This document shows positions 35,274-46,616 of a stretch of 64,000 nt of DNA, piece after piece; the stretch's first letter is position 1, and each line of letters begins with the position of its first letter. A program made the position numbers and the translations under genes. The notes under the pieces are model-generated. The model was not told where the DNA came from and searched no databases. It worked only from the letters and a program-made list of their open reading frames with translations. Source of the DNA: Coniocarpon cinnabarinum (Eukaryota); NCBI GenBank assembly GCA_051942205.1, contig JAVECO010000107.1:1-64000 (forward strand). Reading direction: 5' to 3'.

Positions 35274-36908
35274 TGAGTAACAATGACGACACTAAATGGA
35301 CTGAGGCGAGGAATTTAAAGTTTGGCGTGGAGCTCTTGAGGCTGCACATTTGCGCTTTCTTCAATGCAGATTGGCGCTCCTGACAGACAACAATGCGAAG
35401 GCAAAGCACGGAGGGGTTCAGACAAGGTCAAGGATTTCAGATGAGAGGCGAGCATGGACATAATGGAATGGCAGAGCCAAGAGCGAAGGCTGTTTGCATG
35501 TAGCGTGTGTCCGTTTTCCAGGGCTCTGAAGCGCCATTAGCGGCATCAAGCCGCTTCAGGGCGCCCGTGGCCGCCTGAAACTTCCAATCGAGTGTGACGG
35601 GGAGCAGCAGATGATGAGCCGTGGAAGGCAAACGAGTCAGATTTGTTCGGTACGTCCTAAACAGACAAGAGATGAGCAGAGAAGATGCGCGGCATGGGTG
35701 GAAGTGGCTTGCAGGTCCCCCAGTCGGCCACGTCGGTAGTTGATCTTAGCGTATCTGGTGGATCAAGGCCCGCACTCACGCACCTGCCAAACCATACCCA
35801 GCGGCAAAGTGCCGAATCTGCAGGCTTGCTGCTGAAATCTGCCGCTCGCACGAGTCGCGGCTTGCTGCATTTCCGCTGCCAGGAATCCGCGCCAGAGACT
35901 GCATCAAGGTTTGAAGCTCATGTTGACCCCAGCATCTCCATGAACGTCGGACTGAATGAAGAAGTGTAGGACCGACCGACAGCGAGCAAGTCCATACGTA
36001 TGGCCCACAAGCTGCACAAGGACATCGGCCGAGCAGGCAGTTGAACCTTATTTCTCCAAGTGCTGGGGCAATCACCCGATGCCCGCGATGTTGCATCACA
36101 CATACAGCTTGAGCGCATGTGCTGGCGGAGAGTGTCAGTAGCTGCCGCGGATCACGTCCAGACCCTGAAACATCTGCAAAGCCCCAACGCAACCTGCCAC
36201 CCATCAACACTCTGCAGCCGTTGGCCAAGCACCACGCGCGGTGTTGAAGTCTCAGGGCGCGAAAGGTCTGGAGGTCCGCGGGAAGGCAACCTAGGGACGC
36301 TCGGTGGAAGATCATATTGGAATCACTGGAGCTCACCAGGCTTGAAATTCAAGTCAAGGGCTTGTTTTGACAACATGAGGCAAGGCGGATGTGGTCCACC
36401 CTGCCATCCAGTCACGTGATATTCCGGCGAGAAACGGTCTTGGCATGTAGCTTCGCCCTGTGCGATTGATTAGTCCAATGATGAACGCTCCCAGCAGCTT
36501 CCCGTCCTGTCGTTTCGGACACTTTAGATGCCAGATGTTGCTTTGCTTGCTTGCACGAAATCAGGACGTGTGCTAATCAGCTTCTAGAGGCAGCTCGAAG
36601 CCTGGTGCTTCGAGATCGCACGGACTCATCCAGTCATCCCCGGCTTTCCAACCAGCCGTCAACTCACGATACACTGGACGAGCTGGATATCTTATCGCGC
36701 ATCAAGCCTCCATTCCTTACAGGCTTAAAGAAGCTTCAAGTAGAAGCGGCATCGGACAAATCAGCAGCATATCGGCCGAGGTGTCAAGCAATCTTAACTC
36801 ATTATGCCCACGTCGCAATGAGTGCCTGATTTCTGTTAAGGGTTTCCCGCCTCCGCTTTAATTGGTCCATTAGAGTGCGCACTTTCACCTTGAGCTCTAA
36901 CAGGTAGA

Positions 36909-38859
36909 ATGTCTTACGATTCGCGAGGACCTAGTGTTGCGGGTGGTCGCACAGCTGAAGGATCATGGAGCTTCGCAGTGCCAGTCGAAGACGAGGTAAA
37001 GTCACTCCCTGATCCTACTCGTCATGGCGACGCCGCGGCGCCGCTTCAATTTCTCGTAACCTCCTAGCACGGACAGACCAGGCCGCACACTAATATATCT
37101 TCTTCAGAGCTCTCTACCCTCAACGACCGGATTCGGATTCTCCTACCCTCCTGAATCGATTGCGCAACAACGACAGTACCAACCGGAGCATTCACCACCC
37201 GCCATGCATCAAGCATACTTCCAGAACGGTCATGGACATCCGCTGGACTCAAAAACAAGCTCTGACTCGTTTGGCAGTGGGCAGCAGAGCTTTACGAGTC
37301 GCCTGAAACCTCCGTTCCAAGAACCAGACCGTGCAAGCAGTGGTAACGATAGCTTGCTTGAGCTCTATCGGTCCAGCCGAGGAAGTCCAGAGCCCAAGAC
37401 TCGCAGCGGTCAGGCCTTGCAGCACGGACAGACAAACGGTCGAAAGAGGGTTGCGTCCCAAGAGAGCTCAAAGGTCCGCCGCAAGGGCTCTAAGGGCCCA
37501 GTCTCTACAACACAATCATTCCCGGTAGATGAAATGGACGAAAACTCGAAATGGATTCATCGGGACAAGTTGGCGCAGATTGAGAGTCGAGAAATGATAG
37601 CTATGGGAATGTCCGCACCCGCACCGAGCCGAACCAGTAGCCGAGCAAAGTCTACCAAGACTACGAAATCGGCTGTAGATGCTCAAGAGCCCACTCCAGA
37701 GTTGGAGGAGGATGAAAACCTGTTCATGCCTGGGGCAACGGAAGGCCACGACCTTGAAAAAGACGTGTCACGGCAGGAGAGTATGCCAAAAGAATCGACA
37801 CAGGAAGACATTGACAGTTTCGCGAGGCATGTCACGCAGCGAGTAGAAGATGCCAGACCTCCTAGTAGACCAGGCACTTCACGCATACCAGTGCCAGTAG
37901 GATCCCATGAAGATGATGCACCACTGGAGATGAAACGCAAACGGGGAGAGAGCTTTGGAGTGAACAGTCGAAGGACCCGGAGTAAGGGTGGAGAGAACCA
38001 AGCTCCGTGGGAGAACATTCAAAATACAAGCGCTCCATCATCGCCGCCGTCGGGCTCGCCACCGAAGCAGCGTAACGTGAGCAAAGGAACTTACAGCTCG
38101 AATCGAAAAGCATCTGCCCCTCGAAAATCGAGTGGTCCAGGCCCTCGCTCCCGAGCGAACTCGTCAACAGATTCACCAAGGCGTCCTACCACAAGCGGAG
38201 GATCAAGACCTCCTACCGCTAGACCAGAAGGTGAAGCGCCTTGGATTGCAACCATGTACAAACCGGATCCATTGCTTCCACCCGATCAGCAAATGCTTCC
38301 CACGCACGCTAAACGCCTTGCGGAAAAGCGAGCAGAAGCTGAGGGAAAGGCAGGCAAAGCAAACGAGGATGCTGAATTTACGCTTCTTGAGTCGAATGAT
38401 GATAAAGAGAATGAAGCTCCGAAGGATGATAGCAGAGAACCCCCTGCGCACCTGGCGAATGCTAACAGTGGCAAACAACTCAGCCCTCAACAGGCCCGAT
38501 CATCCATGCAGGAGATGCGTGAGAGCGGACAGTGGCCATTGAGGACGGCGAGCCAGCAGCAGCAATGGAATGAAAGGCGTCTGAGTCCACGTCTCAGCCC
38601 GCGGCCCGACGTCTCTGAACGTAGGAGCTACAATTTGATGCCTTATGTGCCTGTAAATGAGCAGGAAAGACGGACATCAGCGCAACTGAGGCCATCGCCA
38701 CACGGCTTTGATCCTTCCTTTGGCGTGGCACAAGAGGAACAGAAAGTCTCGAACCAAATCCAAGCGCCATCGAATCCGCCAGCTCAGCCGCAGCCAGAAG
38801 AGAAAAAGTCTTCACCGAAGAAAGAGAAAACATGCTTGAGCTGCTGTGTGGTTATGTGA
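36909..38859 (+). CDS. teaR: Prenylated cell-end marker receptor (TeaR/Mod5-like)
   Basis: KWIHRDKLAQIES, RPEGEAPWIATMYKPDP.LPPDQQMLPTHAKR and C-terminal CAAX (CCVVM). Upstream exon 36909-36995 (..SWSFAVPVEDE) joins in frame through intron 36996-37107. Confidence 0.88.
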
Positions 38860-39565
38860 CTGCGTCGCACGATTTTTCAAAGCGCTTTCCTTGTGAAACG
38901 TTCTGATGACATCTTGTGACTATTAAAAACGACCATCACCCTATTGTTTGATGGCCACGAATCTTATTGCTCGTGGCGGAAGTTTGAATTAATTCGTGTG
39001 GAAACACCTGTCGATACCCAACACAACTGCCTAGACGCATTGGTCATCTGAGCACATACCGACATACATTCAGCGTCGTAAAACAATGTAAGATACCCAG
39101 CCATTGGCGGCACACAGCTTCTGAACAGGCCTAGAATATTATGTACAGAGTTAGCTTTGCACTTCTTTCGCAACGTCAAACACCGCAGCTCTTCACGTAA
39201 TAAGTCTTTGCAGAACGCTCAGATTATGTATGGACGAGCGTTAATGCAGAATACCAACATATTAGGAACAAGCGAACAGCACAGAAGTGCAACCTTTTAA
39301 GCAGGGATTTGCACGTGAAAAAGTCGCATCCATAGAAGCATGTTTTGAGAGTATTAGGATGCTGAGATCAGGAGTTCCTTGTTTCGGTAATCGAGCTTCA
39401 CCCACACATTTCGCCCACAAAAATGAAATTGCACGCAACTCGATTTGGTAAAGTTTTCAAGCAGAGCACATCCACTCCTTCTCCTTCCGCCGCCCTTCCT
39501 TTATCATCACGCTATCTTCGAGGAAATCTGAACATCATCTGAGCTCAACATAGAAGTCAGCCATC

Positions 39566-40279
39566 ATGGTAGGCACACCCAGCGTTGCTTCCTTATCTGT
39601 TAAACCAGACTGCCCATCCATTGAACGGTGGAGATTGTGCGCCTCAGTGCCTATCTGTTCGCAACTCCGATCTACAGCTTGCTACGTGGATATTGACACG
39701 TGCCCGCCGTTTTTCAAAAAAGCTGACCAGTCCATGTCCTCAGTCAGACGGAGAAGAAGCGCCACCCTCTCCCCCAGCAGCTGCTGATGAGGTCGAGGTC
39801 CCTGTGGATGGGGGCTCTGGCGGTGGAGCTTCCGGTCAGATGTCCGTTCTTGATGCGCTCAAGGGCGTTCTCAAGCTCGCTTTGATTCATGATGGTCTCG
39901 CCCGCGGTTTACGTGAAGCCTCCAAAGCTCTCGACAGACGACAAGCGCACATGTGCGTGCTCAACGAGAACTGTGAAGAAGAAGCATACAAGAAACTCGT
40001 GATTGCGCTATGTGGTGAACACAAGATTCCGTTGATAAAGGTGCCCGATGGGAAGCAGTTGGGCGAGTGGGCCGGATTGTGTGAGTAGCTGTCCAGCACC
40101 GCCATGGACCTTCTGTCGAGACTGGTGTGTTCTTTTGGCTGACACCTTCGGCAGGTCAAATTGATCGTGAGGGCAACGCAAGAAAAGTTGTCAACTGCTC
40201 GTGTGTCGTTGTGCGCGACTGGGGTGAAGAGTCGCAGGAGCGAACCGTGTTATTGAACTACTTCCAGACGGAACAATGA
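39566..40279 (+). CDS. RPS12: 40S ribosomal protein eS12
   Basis: ATG|intron|SDGEE...[27 protein letters not shown]...[34 protein letters not shown]. Confidence 0.97.
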
Positions 40280-40768
40280 GCAACAGAGTCGTGGTGACGT
40301 TGTTAGAAGTGTTGCACCCGAAACACCCTCAGTCAGCCTTCACAGAAGCTCTCATGGTCCAATTATCCTCATCAAATACAATCATGGCGAGTTCTGCCAG
40401 CGTCTCCCCGTGGTTATGGATGCATTTTGGCACACGATGCGCGCTCGATGCAGTTGCCAGATATGTGTGTGGGCTCGGTACAGAGGGCAAATGAATGTAC
40501 ACTATTGCATAGACGTCGCATCGATGACTTGACAATCGTCAGATCGTGTGCACGGTCTAGCGGTCGTCGTCGAGTAATGGTACCCTGCCAATTTTGACAA
40601 AGCTAGCTGCTGCCACTATTGTGACATGTGGATTATGATTAGTCCAGTCCCGTCCGACCTTTCAATCCCCCAACTTGCTGTTATGCTTCAACTGGAAGTG
40701 CATTACCTCTACTTGTAATGTAGATTTCAGCAGTCTTCGTATCGCGTGAAGAAGCACAGTCAAAGGTC

Positions 40769-42178
40769 ATGACGATGTCCGCGCGGTCGCTCAGGCCTGA
40801 TCTAGCAAAGCGCGCATTTGAGCGTCTTCATCGCACCGTCTCCCCTACAACACGCGCAAGCCGGCTTCTTGTAGTCACACCTCCAGTTGGTGTTCGCTGC
40901 AAGACCGAGGCCGCAGGTCCGGCAGCAACAATCTACGAGCCCAACATCACTCGCTGGCATCGCTATGAAGATCCCGCAGAAGTCGTCACTCAACGCCGAC
41001 TCCGCAACCCTCTCAACTATTTCGAACGCGAACGGCAGAGAATACGACATAATCAGTACCTCAAGCGGCGCATGGTATTTGCTGGCACTGGGCTGGCCGC
41101 GTGCATCGTTGCGCAAGTCTTTCTGATATTCACGTTTGGAGACGAGTCGGCACCTCAGAATAAGGACGTAGCGACGCAGGCGGGGAAATTGGAACGCCTG
41201 GATGCCCGCGAACCGCGAGTAGGAGAGCCAGGTTTTCCATCTAATGCCGATGGCGTCCATGTCGTTGGCCAGAAGCCTGGTGTGCCTGGCGTAGCGTTGG
41301 ACGAGTATGGCAATGAGCTGGTGGAGACGGGCAATTCCACGATTCCATATTTTCCGAAGACGATTCGACTGCCGACTACGCCTTCGCAGGAGTCGGCACG
41401 CACTAGCGATACGCTTCCTGCGGCTGCGAGCGCCAATGCCGGACGAGAGGATGAAGAGTACTCTCTCCTTGGACACGGGATACGGAGTGTGAGTTTCCTG
41501 CGAATACAGGTGTACTACCTCGGCGTGTACGTGCGGACGAGCGATTTGCCTGAATTACAGCGGCGATTTGTGTCGCAGGCGAATGCGAGCGCCACAAGCT
41601 TGATACCAGCTGAGAAGCAAGCGTTGAGAGAGAAGTTGTTGAGTCCGGAAAAGAGCCAGGAAGTCTGGGATGCGGTACTCCGCGGTGAAGGTCTTAGGAG
41701 CGCCGTGCGGATCGTGCCTGTCAAGAATACAGATTTCAACCATTTGAGGGACGGATGGGTGCGCGGTATCACAGGCAGAACACAGGAAGCGACCGCACGA
41801 GCTTTGAAGGAAGGCAACACAGGACCGGGTGAGTATGATGATGAGAGGTTTGGCCAAGCGATTGGAGACTTCAAAGGCTTGTTTGGAGGGCGCGGGAAAG
41901 CACCCGTTGGCAGCGTTGTGATAATGGCGCGAGAAGGAGACGGGACTTTAAGTCTAGCATATCAGCACGCGCTCAGCGACGAGGAGAAGAAGAAAGGCGT
42001 TGCTGTGCCTCGAGAGGAAATTGGGAAGATACATGATGAGAGGATAGGACGACTGGTATGGTTAGGATACTTGGGCGGAACGAACGTCAGCAGCGAAGCA
42101 GCACGCAAAAGCGTCGTAGATGGCGTGATGGAGCTGGTCGAAAGGCCCGTGGGCACTGTAGGGATAGGGATATCATGA
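40769..42178 (+). CDS. AIM18: Mitochondrial chalcone-isomerase-like protein
   Basis: Arg-rich presequence-like N-terminus, a single TM segment, then VETGNSTIPYFP, LLGHGIRSVSFL.IQVY, RIVPVKNTDFNHLRDGWVR and YLGG..VSSE.ARKS. Confidence 0.85.
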   Translation: MTMSARSLRPDLAKRAFERLHRTVSPTTRASRLLVVTPPVGVRCKTEAAGPAATIYEPNITRWHRYEDPAEVVTQRRLRNPLNYFERERQRIRHNQYLKRRMVFAGTGLAACIVAQVFLIFTFGDESAPQNKDVATQAGKLERLDAREPRVGEPGFPSNADGVHVVGQKPGVPGVALDEYGNELVETGNSTIPYFPKTIRLPTTPSQESARTSDTLPAAASANAGREDEEYSLLGHGIRSVSFLRIQVYYLGVYVRTSDLPELQRRFVSQANASATSLIPAEKQALREKLLSPEKSQEVWDAVLRGEGLRSAVRIVPVKNTDFNHLRDGWVRGITGRTQEATARALKEGNTGPGEYDDERFGQAIGDFKGLFGGRGKAPVGSVVIMAREGDGTLSLAYQHALSDEEKKKGVAVPREEIGKIHDERIGRLVWLGYLGGTNVSSEAARKSVVDGVMELVERPVGTVGIGIS

Positions 42179-42341
42179 GGAAAAGATGGACAGGACAACA
42201 AGCAGGTAGCGAAGGCAATGGCATCATAAGCTTTGTGCAATTACTCAAAAGAATGCGGCTAGTAAATAACTCATATTATTCGCATCCACGTATCCCAATT
42301 ATTCACGTAATTCAAGGGCATCTTGAGGCTCGTCAAGCTCT

Positions 42342-42735
42342 TTAAATAGCGTTCGCGTCTTGCAGCAAACTCGGCAAGTCTGCCTTCTTCCCCTGCAATT
42401 CCGAATTGCCACCAATATGCTGCTGCTTAATAAAAACATTGGGGACCGATCTCTGCGACGTCATCTCTTCAAGAGCGTCCTGAATCGCAGCGCCATCATC
42501 TTTATCAAACGTCAGTCATTGCCCACACGAAAAGCAGCGCCGCCGCAGCAACAGCATAAAGCAATGCGCGACACACAAACATACCGACTTGATCTAGTTC
42601 GATTGTGTAGAAATTGGCGCCATTGTCGCTCAGAAGCTGCTTCGTCGCTTTGCAAAAGGGACAGTAGCTCTTGCTGAAGACGGCGACGGCGTTGTCGTCG
42701 ATGATGCTTTGGGCTTTGGTCTTGGCGGCGGACAT
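42342..42735 (-). CDS. GRX1: Dithiol glutaredoxin (CPFC)
   Basis: MSAAKTKAQSIIDDNAVAVFSKSYCPFC...ELDQV|DDGAAIQDAL...QRSVPNVFI...HIGGNSEL. Intron 42584-42500. Confidence 0.93.
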
Positions 42736-43187
42736 GCTGGCGGGACTGGTGGGGGATGAGAAGAGGCGGCGGAGGAGTGTGGTGGCCACGATTGATGGGT
42801 CTTAAGTAGTCGGATTTTGAAATGCGGTGGTGAGGACGGCGTCGTTGATTAGGAAGCAGAGAATGCGGAAGAGGCGCAGGGAGTGCATGTGAAGAACGGG
42901 GGGGGATAGATATGGCGTCACATGCCGCTGATGGCGCTTGGCCGTGTTCAGAGTAGGACATGATACGGAGGTACATTGATACTTCTCACCTCACTGCGCA
43001 ACACCGTAGATGAAGCGAGACTGGGAAATCATTGCCCGGGTGTAGCACGTGCTCTTTCCCCAAGAATCGGCAAAGGAGGAAAGACTCTTGTGATATCTCC
43101 ATTGATGCGCTAACAAGATAAACGAACTCCTCCCAAGTAAGGACCTACCTTCTGCCTGCCTTTTGTGATGCCCATCCATATAGGCTT

Positions 43188-43969
43188 CTAGTCGCTGTCA
43201 TCTTCATCTGCTTCATCTTCTTGAACCCGCCCGAGGAGTCGCTGATGCCCGCCTCGGCCTCGGCGTCCGCCTTGGGATCCCCGGCCTTGCAGATGGGCTC
43301 GACGCTGCGTGCTACTCGATCCAGCGCCCTGCGTGCCACCCTGTTCCGCTCTTTGATCTGCAAGTTGAAACAAGGATTCGAGAGGCTGCCGATAGCGGCG
43401 GTATTCCGATTGGTGGCTAAGTCTCCGTTAGCACATATGATCGCTGCTGATTGGAAAGCGGCACTGACTGTGCGTGCAACCTCCTGTGGTCTTCTAGGGC
43501 TCCGTTCGATACTTGACCTGCTTCTGCTTGGTCGTAAAGCTCGTTTGCTGTGTTGTGATGATGTATCATTTGCTGCCATAGTTCCTGTATGTATGTAAAC
43601 GTCCGTTCATGTTGTCGAAGTTCTCGTCGCCTTTCCCGCCGGTTGTTCGCGCTCACGAGCTCTCGCTCTTGCCGCAACTGTTGCAATTGTGGGTCTTGCT
43701 GTTGCTGTTGCTGTAGCTGTTGCTGCTGCTGTTGCTCCCACTGCCGCTGCAACTGCGCTTGCTCAAGTCGCTGTCGCTCTTGCTATCGGTCTAATCGTTA
43801 GCTCACGATCTTAAGCGTCGAGTCCATATTGATTGTGCAGGCAACGTACCTCGGCTACATATGCTCTATGAGATTGGCTATTGTTGTGACCACCTCGACC
43901 ATACGGAGCTACACGCCCGCCGCACTCGCAAGTGTAAGAAGCGCCAGGAATTGAACCACGATTTGACAT
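43188..43969 (-). CDS. ZnF-polyQ-His-rich family, copy 1 (3 exons, apparently intact)
   Basis: Exons 43969-43850, 43782-43469 and 43416-43188. Introns GTACGT...GCTAAC...TAG (phase 0) and GTCAGT...GCTAAC...TAG (phase 2). Protein MSNRGSIPGASYTCECGGRVAPYGRGGHNNSQSHRAYVAE-Q-rich-...IQELWQQMIHHHNTANELYDQAEAGQV...HAHHQSEYRRY...RGRGG...EDEADEDDSD*. Confidence 0.8.
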
Positions 43970-44641
43970 TTTTTGCCGGTCGATGGCTTCAGTGCTTATA
44001 CGTGGAGACTACTCAGTTTTTCTTTTCAAGAGCCACAGACTGTTATGCTCGAGGTTTATGCTCGAAGTTGAAGAAGAAGAAAAAAGTGATACGAACGCCA
44101 AAATTTGATATATGTGTCATGGAGCTCATTTGGAGACGTATGAGGAGGACCATTGATACGTGAAACGTGTCTAGAAATGCAAATGGCGGGAATGGCATAG
44201 CGGTGCAGCTTCTTCTTGGTCCGCTGCCCGGACGACTGCCATAAGATCGATTGAGATCAGAAGTAAGAGCAAGGGTCACCAACAGGAGCCGTTTCCGGAT
44301 CTTAGCCCAGGCAACAAGCCTATATGATAAGGGCAACTTAGGTTAGCAGCCTATCTGTACAGCGGCAATAGCCCTCCATTGGTGATGAAACGCTAAACTG
44401 TGGTATAGCAAGTACTATTCTGAGAGACTCTGGCCTTTTTGGACTCAACGTGTCTTCAAAATCTACACCTGTGTCTCAAAGGCTTGCCAGTACGTGGACT
44501 ACGTCATCAGAATCTCCGGAGATAAGTTACAGCTTGCAACTCCTCAGAAAACTCGATGTTTGAAAGCACGTACAGTGGAAAATGGCAACAACACAAATAT
44601 AAAAATCTACTGTCTGCAAACAAATATCTGATCGCATGGCT

Positions 44642-44677
44642 CGGATGACCCGGATGATGCGGATGGCCCGGATGGCG
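44642..44677. repeat. 9-bp degenerate tandem repeat x4 (CGGATGRNN)
   Basis: CGGATG at 44642, 44651, 44660 and 44669. Confidence 0.8.
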
Positions 44678-46045
44678 GTCTTTCAACCGCAAACGTGACG
44701 GCGCGTTGGCAACTAGCGCCACGTCTTTTCTACAAGCACACGATCTCGCAGATGTTTACTTTAGTTTCTCTTCGGTACTTTGCACGTGTTTGCGCGCAGT
44801 CGTCTTTCTCTCGCTGGTTTCGAGCATAACATTTAAGGAGACTGACGGAATGAAATGACGATCTGCCTCTGCTATTGGCTCTTTTGTGTCCAGGAATCTT
44901 AGTCTATGCTTGTGGAGCTAGCAGCCAGTGGTGAAGCTGAGCCCTATCAAAGGGTGCATCTGAAACGTCATTTGGCACTTGCGATAGCATCAGCCAGATT
45001 GCAGAAAAGGATTGAGGCGTTACAACATTGTTCCAATTGTGTCGGCACTTTGGACCGTGTTAGGCGTGGTGACGTGTTCACGAAGGCGGTGCGTCCGACT
45101 ATTTCCTATCGCGGGCGCCGGCTCTTTCCGACAGCCAAGAGACAACGGAAGGGAGTCCAAGTGTTTACCGCTTCGGCCGTGGCAACATGACACTTGGAAG
45201 TCCCACGGGTGACGATGCGTTGCCCTAGACAGGTAGGTGTTTTCCGATTCGGGGAGGGCATGAGAAGGGGGCAAGAACGGCAGGGCGCCTTTCCCCTTTT
45301 CCCCCCGAATCAGACCCAATTCTATACACCCCAAGGGTTTCACAAAGATGTCCTTGCTGCACCACAATTCAACATTCTATCAAATCAATTCCTCGAGATC
45401 TTCACTGTCGGGTAAATGCATCGAGACGATTACCTAAGATAGCCTTGCAATTACCTAGGGGTTCAAAACGCCTGCTATTTCACACAGAGTTGAGCGCCCC
45501 TGCAGCAGCCTATGCTACTATCATTGACGAGAGAAACACGCGACAGTCTCTAGATGCATCTCAATGATGGTATTTAGTCTGTTGCTAGAATCGGAGTCTT
45601 GACGCATAGAGCGCGGACATCAGCATCCATCTCTGCCATTGTGGTGTTGGGGAGTGTCTTGATTTGCACCTTTATGAAAACCTGCTTGCTGCACGCGCGA
45701 TTGTGTACTCACCGCTCTCTCCCCGCCCTCCGTGGCACACCCTTCCTCCGGCTGATGCCAGGTTCAGTCATCCTCCCGATGTAGTGTAATACGTGTTGCT
45801 GGAAGATCTTGTTGAAGGGGATTCAACTATGTTAGGAGCATGATCCTGTCTCAAGGACGGGCAAACTCAAAAGTCACAGACTAACAAGACTTCTGGGCAC
45901 ATAAACCCTCGAAGAAATCCCATTTCGATGCGCAGATACTCTACAAAAAACCCACCACAAGCATCAGCGAGGAAATCTCCCAGAGGTTAGTGCGCCCAGC
46001 TGGACCTCCCTGCTGCTGGCTTGCTGTACGCTTATCACTTGGGTT

Positions 46046-46616
46046 TTATTGATCACCTTCGTCATCCGAAGATTCGTTTGGAGATTCATTCTGTTGACTT
46101 CCATGACCGCGGAGTAATTTTAGCCAACGGCGATATTCTCGTCGATGACTAGATTTGTATCAGCGTGCAACTCCCGTGAGCCGGTGCATCATACTTGCCT
46201 TTTATGCTCAGCAACATTGTTTTCTCTATGATGACGGTTCATCTCATCATTGTGGTGAGACATTTGGGCCCATGTGTGCTCCAACCGGTTGTGGTCTTGT
46301 TGGTGTTGGTAGTGTTGTCGTTGCCACTGCTGCTGCTGATGCTGCTGCTGGTGCTGCTGCAGTTGTGGTTGCTGTTGCTCTTGTTGCTCCCGCACCTGCG
46401 AAGAGGTAATCGTTAGCTTTCTCATGTTCTGCACCGAAGATCGTCGTATTCTAACGCGACAGTAATGGAAAAAGGCTTGAGTTTGATATTGTAATTGCGT
46501 AGAGAACGTACTCTGTATTCATGGAAAGAACTGGCTAAGTGGCTGCCATAAGTCTGCGCGCTCATGTTCGTTGAACCACATACATTGCAGTCATAAGTTG
46601 ACTTGCTAGAGGACAT
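46046..46616 (-). CDS. ZnF-polyQ-His-rich family, copy 2 (3 exons, GC-AG second intron)
   Basis: Exons 46616-46512, 46395-46199 and 46148-46046. Protein MSSSKSTYDCNVCGSTNMSAQTYGSHLASSFHEYR|VREQQEQQQ...HNRLEHTWAQMSHHNDEMNRHHRE...EHKS|HRREYRRWLKLL...ESSDDEGDQ*. Confidence 0.8.

Noticed and set aside
38857..38918. TGA-CTG stop context of teaR as a readthrough signal
   Set aside because: It is not the canonical fungal TGA-CTA motif, and the extension does not end in a PTS1.
43589..43801. Poly-Cys, poly-Leu and poly-Ala ORFs (43589-43801, 46195-46416, 46155-46409, 48377-48628)
   Set aside because: Antisense or alternative-frame readings of the CAG/CAA polyQ tracts, not metallothionein-like genes.
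45560..45780. Possible fifth array copy (minus-strand CACCACAATG...GAGATG resembling copy 2)
   Set aside because: The match is too short, and I found no consistent frame, finger or polyQ tract.
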